Shown piece by piece: positions 59,134-64,000 of a stretch of 64,000 nucleotides of DNA. Location: IMG/VR virus record IMGVR_UViG_3300049846_001037, positions 1 to 64,000 of that record. One strand, written 5' to 3'. The translations under genes and the position numbers were made by a program. Under the pieces are notes generated by a model. That model was not told where the DNA came from. It was given only the letters and a program-made list of their open reading frames with translations, and searched no databases. Each line of letters starts with the position of its first letter. Positions within the stretch are counted from its first letter, which is position 1.

Positions 59134-60522
59134 TTAGTAGATGTAGAATCCCGCAACTGGAGCTGTTGTTGGTGCATACATGCTTCCAGTTAAGAACAAC
59201 GATGTTCCAGATATGACATACTGTGTTGCTGGAAGAATCAATATGCCGCTAACAAAAATCATTGCACTTGTGGGGGCGTTGGCGAAGTAGAAGTGCTTGT
59301 TCACTCCGTCAGTAGTTCCCGTCAATGATTCATTGAAAATGAAGTTTGTTGGAGTTCTATCATTGATGGTTTTGACATAGAGATTTGCAAATGGAGTTCC
59401 CGAAGCACCAATGTTTCCTACTCCAGAAACGGAGGTGGAAATGTTTGAGCCGCTTTCAAGAACTATGCTTGCATTTCCACTGAATGTAAGGTCTCCAAAG
59501 ATGTCCGAACCAGACTTGGCTACTATGGCATTGAGGTCTAGTCCACTTACACCTACGAGATTGTTTGCATAGATGGTATCCACAGGATTGGATAGGCTAC
59601 CTATGGATATGCCTGAGCTAAACTCAAGATCAGAAAGCACCGTAATTGGAGACATGCCAGTGATGTTGGTTGCGTGGAGCGTTTTGGTATAGATGTCGCC
59701 AAATGGATTTGTGTCGTCGCCAATCTGGTTTATGCCAGATACAGAGTTTAGAATGGACGCACCACTTCCAAAGGTAAGGTTTCCACTCATGGTGGAACCA
59801 CTGGTTGAAACTAGTCCGTTTAGAGATGAGATACCTGTTCCAGACGAAATGACACTATTTGCATAGATGGTGCTGTAGTATACTCCCGTGGTTCCAATGT
59901 CAAACACATTGTCTAGCTCAGGAACAAAGTTTCCGCTAACAAGTATGTAGCCCTGCGAAGCTAATCTAAGCAAGCCAGAGCCTTCAAGATTTGCATATAG
60001 ACCAGTGATTCCAACTGCATATGAAGATATACCTACCGAGAAACCACCTATTTGATATGAGAAACTGGAAATATTGCGGGCAAACACGCTCTCAGTTACG
60101 CTTCCGTTTGATGATATGGTGGAGTTTCCAGACATCACCCAATTCAACCCAGAAGAAACTACATCGGTGATATTAAGGGTTGCGCCAGACTCTATGGTAA
60201 GTGGTCCTGTAACCGTGTCGCCAGTTATGTGGACAAATGCAGAAGCACCAAAGGATGTTCCTGTGGTTAAGAACTGAAGCCTCTCAGCGACATCGTTGAA
60301 ATTACCAGCAGGATCAGTTCCCAACACTCTCTCTATCTGATCAAGAACAGTGTAAGCAACGTTTACATCATAGGCTACAACCTTGTTTCCCGACTGAGTG
60401 ACAACGCCATTGCTATCCCTGATCTCATCCAACACATAGAGAAGTGTTGAATTGGTACCAGAGCCGCTAGGATTAAGATCGAAGTCACTAGGATAGTTGC
60501 TTGTTCCAGTGATGTATGCCAT
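59134..60522 (-). CDS. Head/neck fibre protein
   Basis: N-terminal SNYP..FD...N.....QIE..LGT.P.G....V..RL anchor-like segment; same stalk and C-terminal motifs as the tail fibres, but located in the head module. Confidence 0.6.
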   Translation of the reverse strand: MAYITGTSNYPSDFDLNPSGSGTNSTLLYVLDEIRDSNGVVTQSGNKVVAYDVNVAYTVLDQIERVLGTDPAGNFNDVAERLQFLTTGTSFGASAFVHITGDTVTGPLTIESGATLNITDVVSSGLNWVMSGNSTISSNGSVTESVFARNISSFSYQIGGFSVGISSYAVGITGLYANLEGSGLLRLASQGYILVSGNFVPELDNVFDIGTTGVYYSTIYANSVISSGTGISSLNGLVSTSGSTMSGNLTFGSGASILNSVSGINQIGDDTNPFGDIYTKTLHATNITGMSPITVLSDLEFSSGISIGSLSNPVDTIYANNLVGVSGLDLNAIVAKSGSDIFGDLTFSGNASIVLESGSNISTSVSGVGNIGASGTPFANLYVKTINDRTPTNFIFNESLTGTTDGVNKHFYFANAPTSAMIFVSGILILPATQYVISGTSLFLTGSMYAPTTAPVAGFYIY

Positions 60523-60525
60523 TGC

Positions 60526-60786
60526 TTACCCCTTTTTCTTTTTGAAGTATTTGATGAAAAGCATGCAAAAGAGCATGTATGCTTGAGATATCAGTATGAC
60601 GTAATGGTTGTGAGCGCTGAAATACAAAACCAATGCGAAAAAGTGAAAGATTAAAGAGCTCGTTGCAAGCAAACTGTAACCATTAACTTTTTTGGATCCC
60701 TCCCTCAGTTGCGAAAAAATCTTGAAAAAGTTTGACACAAAGAGTAGGGTTATGATGATGTAGATGGCAGAAATTATAGTTTCCAA
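60526..60786 (-). CDS. Small 3-TM membrane protein
   Basis: Three hydrophobic segments, basic C-terminus, AAGGAG RBS before TTG. Confidence 0.6.
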   Translation of the reverse strand: METIISAIYIIITLLFVSNFFKIFSQLREGSKKVNGYSLLATSSLIFHFFALVLYFSAHNHYVILISQAYMLFCMLFIKYFKKKKG

Positions 60787-60801
60787 AATGATCTCCTTAG
60801 A

Positions 60802-60990
60802 TCAATCGTTGATGTTGAAGGCCTCGTTATAGGAAGAGGCCAGCATGTCGGCGCATTTCTTTTTGTTGTCCTTGAGTTTGGAGGCTATTTCCCTTGTCGT
60901 CTCTCCCCTCTTCGTAGACACCTTGCTTCCTATTGTTTCAATAGACCTTATCATTTCCTGCACTTTCTTTGCAGCCGGTTCTTGCTTCAT
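60802..60990 (-). CDS. Small hypothetical protein
   Basis: Start moved to ATG 60990 (TAAGGAG RBS): MKQEPAAKK... Confidence 0.55.
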   Translation of the reverse strand: MKQEPAAKKVQEMIRSIETIGSKVSTKRGETTREIASKLKDNKKKCADMLASSYNEAFNIND

Positions 60991-61000
60991 TTGATGCTCC

Positions 61001-61558
61001 TTAGGCAAAAAGCTTTTTGGCCATCTCAATGATGATGCTTACAGCATCGGGACCAAAAAAGATTGAAGTGATTAGGATGACAATGAGTAAAACGACCATC
61101 ACAATGACCCTTAGGTTGTTGAGCCCAGAGATCAACTCTTGCAGGAACGCAAGAGGTTTCCACTTCTTCTTTTCGACAGGAGCCTTTTCCTTCAACGCAT
61201 CTTTTGTTTGCTCAATTGTTTTTAACTCAGACAGGTTGGTGTTTAACTGTTGAAGGGCATACTTAATTTCTTTTAGGTCGTCATCCTTATTTAGTAGTCT
61301 TGTTTCTGTTTGTAGTATCTTGATCTGGTTTCCAAGTTCAATGATCTTCTCTGCGTCTCTGTTCTTCTGTACATGCAAATTCTTTAACATCTCACCCATG
61401 ATGGTGATGTTGTCGCTCAATGCGCTTAGGGCTTCGGCCTGATCTATTGACTCTCTTTCAAAGTTCTTAAGAGATGCTTGCGTGGAAGCAATGAGGTCTA
61501 TTAGGAACTCAATCGAAACAGGCTCACTCTTTTTAGTTGTTCTCTTTTTTAGGGGCAT
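61001..61558 (-). CDS. Coiled-coil protein with C-terminal TM (XhlA/holin-like architecture)
   Basis: Start moved to ATG 61558 (AAGGA RBS); heptad region followed by VIVMVVLLIVILITSIFFG. Confidence 0.55.
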   Translation of the reverse strand: MPLKKRTTKKSEPVSIEFLIDLIASTQASLKNFERESIDQAEALSALSDNITIMGEMLKNLHVQKNRDAEKIIELGNQIKILQTETRLLNKDDDLKEIKYALQQLNTNLSELKTIEQTKDALKEKAPVEKKKWKPLAFLQELISGLNNLRVIVMVVLLIVILITSIFFGPDAVSIIIEMAKKLFA

Positions 61559-61817
61559 TGGCTTTCCTTTGGTCCAAAATCTTCGCAGACATATCAAGGA
61601 TGACGGCGGAAGAATTCTTCTGCTTCTTCTGCCCAACCATCTTACCTCCAACCATGACCCAACCATTCTCGACAACTACTTGACGAGCTGGGTCTACTTT
61701 GATGGGGTCAACAGGATCCTGTGTCAGATCCGGGTTGTGCAAATGCTGACCGCCTACGCCCGTAAAGCGCAGTTTGCCCTTGGCTTGATCAAAGTATTGT
61801 TGGTATTTGTCATCCAT
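61533..61817 (-). CDS. Hypothetical protein
   Basis: 94 aa, GAGGA RBS, directly behind a promoter motif. Confidence 0.6.
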   Translation of the reverse strand: MDDKYQQYFDQAKGKLRFTGVGGQHLHNPDLTQDPVDPIKVDPARQVVVENGWVMVGGKMVGQKKQKNSSAVILDMSAKILDQRKANAPKKENN

Positions 61818-61834
61818 ATGATAGTCCTCTATAT

Positions 61835-61851
61835 TATTACTTATTTATAAA
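61835..61851 (-). promoter_or_regulatory. Putative phage late promoter (TTTATAA-ATAAG-TAATA)
   Basis: Motif copy fused to the U-tract of a terminator. Confidence 0.65.
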
Positions 61852-61879
61852 AGAAGGAGAGTTCTTGCGAACTCTCCTT
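61849..61879 (-). terminator. Intrinsic terminator (possibly bidirectional)
   Basis: 11-bp stem AAGGAGAGTTC/GAACTCTCCTT, GCAA loop on the minus strand, T-rich on both sides. Confidence 0.8.
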
Positions 61880-61901
61880 TGTTTGTATAACTTTAATTGT
61901 C

Positions 61902-62309
61902 TTAAATTGGTTTGATTTTTAGTCTGATGACCCATTCATATCTACCAACTGAATGTCCATTTGAGACTGGCGGGGTGTCGCTTATGGCAGCAAGAAGATC
62001 CATATATTCATTCCTAACCCTTCTAGAGAAGTCATCAAAGGTCTCATCTTCTTCGGAATATATATCTGCCCATAGACCGTTGCCACCGATGGCCTCTTCA
62101 ATCCTTTTTACTATTTTATCAGTAATCTCCGTAGCAGAAGCAGGCACCTTTATGTGAACATTGGTAACAGCATAGTACCTGCCATTCTTTCTACCATGAG
62201 CATTTCCATTGTGTTCTGTTGGAAAAAGGATGGTGAAGTCCACGTCCACTGGTGGCACAATGGATTTCTGCAGTGAAGGTAGAAGGTCTGCCTGCCTAAA
62301 AGATATCAT
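61902..62309 (-). CDS. Orphan protein with MISFRQADL leader
   Basis: 135 aa; ATGA overlap with 62306-62485. Confidence 0.65.
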   Translation of the reverse strand: MISFRQADLLPSLQKSIVPPVDVDFTILFPTEHNGNAHGRKNGRYYAVTNVHIKVPASATEITDKIVKRIEEAIGGNGLWADIYSEEDETFDDFSRRVRNEYMDLLAAISDTPPVSNGHSVGRYEWVIRLKIKPI

Positions 62310-62485
62310 TTCAAGATGTTGTCGATGAATGTATCTGGCTGAGTATATCTGATGTTTGTCTTTATAGATGGTCTCTCTGAGCCATCAACGCCACCAACGA
62401 CATGATCAAGTCTTCCGCTCTTGTCGGATGTGACAGCTTGGTTTAGTTCATCTGCTTTGAAATCGGGTGCATTCTCAGTGCTCAT
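62306..62485 (-). CDS. Small hypothetical protein (59 aa, below the ORF-track cutoff)
   Basis: GAGGAG RBS; MSTENAPDFKADELNQAVTSDKSGRLDHVVGGVDGSERPSIKTNIRYTQPDTFIDNILK. Confidence 0.7.
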   Translation of the reverse strand: MSTENAPDFKADELNQAVTSDKSGRLDHVVGGVDGSERPSIKTNIRYTQPDTFIDNILK

Positions 62486-62516
62486 TTTTATCTCCTCAGG
62501 GCAATAGCCTCTGTGC

Positions 62517-62533
62517 TATTACTTTATTATAAA
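62517..62533 (-). promoter_or_regulatory. Putative phage late promoter (TTTATAA-TAAAG-TAATA)
   Basis: Motif copy fused to the capsid terminator U-tract. Confidence 0.65.
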
Positions 62534-62562
62534 AAAAGACCCCAGGTTTTACCCTGGGGTCT
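62531..62562 (-). terminator. Intrinsic terminator after the major capsid gene
   Basis: GACCCCAGG/CCTGGGGTC stem followed by T7 on the minus strand. Confidence 0.9.
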
Positions 62563-62587
62563 CTTCACTCAATCTAATCAGTTAAGA

Positions 62588-63574
62588 TTAGGCAGAGGCG
62601 AGAGTGTACTTGGCAACGCCACGAGCGTTAGCAACGGCGATACCAATGATCTCGTTAACAACCCAGCCCAACTTCAACTGCTTGGGCTCGTCGGCTGGTA
62701 GAACTTCGATGTCCTGACGGATTGGCATTGGGCCAACGAAGTCAGCATCGGCAACAGCGTAAATCGTACGAGCAGGAACAACCTTCGATACGATTACGTC
62801 TGCGGTCCACAAACGGCCGAACAAGCCCGTCTGGAGGACTTCACGCTGAGTAACTGGATCGAACGAGGTCTGATCGAAGGTACGGAAGCCAGCGAAGGTA
62901 CGGATGTTCATGAAGATTCTGGCTGTGATCAAATCCCACTGGTCAACTTCAGAGTACAAGTCGGCCAACTTGTTCTTCTCAAGAACGGTGCCGGTCGTTG
63001 GGGTTCCGGTGACGGCTACGTTCTCCAAGGTCGAAGCGAATTCCAAAGCGGCGAAGATGTTGGCATCTTCCTGAGCCTGGATTTCCTGACGAGCCTTCTG
63101 CTGAGCACGGTCAATGACGTTGAACCTGCGTCTCTTGACTTCTGAGATACGGACGGTTGGGTTTGAAACAACCTCGAACTCAGGAACCGAGATACGGTCG
63201 CCCTTGATTCTGCTCTCTGGTACTGCGCCATTGCTTGAGACAACGATGGCGTTTACGTCGATATCCTTGTCGTAAACGGCCAAAGCGCCCTGAGGAAGTG
63301 GGTCAACACGGAGAGCCTTACGGCCAACTCCCTGGTAGTCCAAGTTCCTACGGATTGGGTTTGCCATTGCCTGAGCGAGAGCGATCTTGCCACGCTCGTT
63401 GGAAAGAGCCTTGATCAAAAGGGCTTCTTTCTCGGCATCTGTTGGCTGAACTTCAGGGTTTGCTTTGCCAGCTTCTGGGTTAGCAAGGGCCTGAGCGTAA
63501 GCCAATAGCTGTTCCAATGAGTCTTTCTTTGTGTAGGCGTTCATTACTCCGCCATTGTTAAACATTGTTGCCAT
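62588..63574 (-). CDS. Major capsid protein (HK97 fold)
   Basis: 328 aa; LAQAMANPIRRNLDYQG, VPEFEVVSNP, QAQED..IF.AL, G.FG.LW...VIVS, LGWVVNEIIG. Strong TAAGGAG RBS, biased codons, followed by a terminator. Confidence 0.9.
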   Translation of the reverse strand: MATMFNNGGVMNAYTKKDSLEQLLAYAQALANPEAGKANPEVQPTDAEKEALLIKALSNERGKIALAQAMANPIRRNLDYQGVGRKALRVDPLPQGALAVYDKDIDVNAIVVSSNGAVPESRIKGDRISVPEFEVVSNPTVRISEVKRRRFNVIDRAQQKARQEIQAQEDANIFAALEFASTLENVAVTGTPTTGTVLEKNKLADLYSEVDQWDLITARIFMNIRTFAGFRTFDQTSFDPVTQREVLQTGLFGRLWTADVIVSKVVPARTIYAVADADFVGPMPIRQDIEVLPADEPKQLKLGWVVNEIIGIAVANARGVAKYTLASA

Positions 63575-63588
63575 TGATTTGTTTCTCC

Positions 63589-63768
63589 TTATTTAATTTT
63601 TTTGACGTAGTTCAATCTAAGCGTCAATGGATTTGTGCAAATAACTTTTGCTTTCTTTTTCTTGATAAGAATACGTGCTTTCCCTGGTCTTACCGGAGTC
63701 AGCTCAATCATATTGCCGTTAAAAACGGGAATAGATTTTTGTTCACTTGCAGGAAAGAAATTAGGCAT
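63589..63768 (-). CDS. Stand-alone PLMP (RRXRR N-terminal)-like domain microprotein
   Basis: GAGGT RBS 8 nt before ATG 63768. IPVFNGNMIELTPVRPGKARILIKKKKAKVICTNPLTLRLNY follows the IscB N-terminal pattern VxVlxxxGxPLMPxxxxxARxLLKxGKAxVxxxxPFTIxLxY. Confidence 0.7.
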   Translation of the reverse strand: MPNFFPASEQKSIPVFNGNMIELTPVRPGKARILIKKKKAKVICTNPLTLRLNYVKKIK

Positions 63769-63810
63769 CTCAGCCAACCTCATCGAACTTTATCTAGATG
63801 GTTATAGCAA

Positions 63811-64000
63811 TTAAGCTACTCTGTATGGGTCGTTCTTTAGGTAGAAATGCAAGAACGGATTGCCAGCCGAAGGTGACTTTGTTACGTAACCAACGACCGT
63901 GAGGCCTGAAGTGCTGGCAGGTGCACCAGCGACTGAAGCCGTCAACTTCGAGTTTGCAGAGCAATACAACGGAGCGCCAACTGTGTAAGCCTGAGCGCCC
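63811..64000 (-). CDS. Capsid decoration/cement protein (3' part only)
   Basis: Hand translation ...AYTVGAPLYCSANSKLT...VVGYVTKSPSAGNPFLHFYL...*; typical of the decoration gene upstream of an MCP. Confidence 0.6.
   Translation of the reverse strand, partial: GAQAYTVGAPLYCSANSKLTASVAGAPASTSGLTVVGYVTKSPSAGNPFLHFYLKNDPYRVA

Noticed and set aside
61559-61675. N-terminal extensions in the ORF track (also 59133-59177, 60991-61029, 48416-48448)
   Set aside because: They overlap upstream genes or leaders; downstream ATGs have better RBS or stop-start coupling.
63575-63810. Intact IscB/IS200-IS605 element
   Set aside because: No RuvC, HNH, TnpA or room for an omega-RNA; only the PLMP-like segment is present.
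1-64000. Stop-codon reassignment as in some large phages
   Set aside because: Standard-code ORFs tile the window densely; the only break is explained by the chaperone frameshift.

Overview
The whole window is the virion morphogenesis region of a large myovirus-type bacteriophage (contractile tail; roughly 40-45% GC by eye), encoded almost entirely on the minus strand. In transcription order (64000 to 1) it runs: capsid decoration protein (partial), a 59-aa micro-ORF, HK97-type major capsid protein, small and membrane proteins, a head/neck fibre, neck proteins interleaved with orphan genes, tail terminator, sheath, tube, a frameshifted tail assembly chaperone, tape measure, hub, spike, baseplate wedge (gp25-, J- and I-like), about 27 kb of Ser/Thr/Gly-rich fibres with small tip proteins, a permuted papain amidase, and a holin plus spanin-like pair. 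I saw no portal, terminase, tRNA, CRISPR array or integrase. Most notable observations: (1) a stand-alone PLMP/RRXRR-type domain (normally the N-terminal RNA-contacting domain of IscB/IsrB OMEGA nucleases) coupled directly to the major capsid gene; (2) a shared N-terminal leader, MIS[YF]RQADL, on otherwise unrelated orphan proteins in the head region, a candidate capsid-targeting signal; (3) a six-copy intergenic motif YTTATAA-N5-TAnTA, a likely phage late promoter; (4) strong Ser-Gly enrichment across exterior virion proteins; (5) a single plus-strand membrane gene with a near-consensus sigma70 promoter inside the tail operon. All family assignments come from motif recognition and gene order, not from searches.
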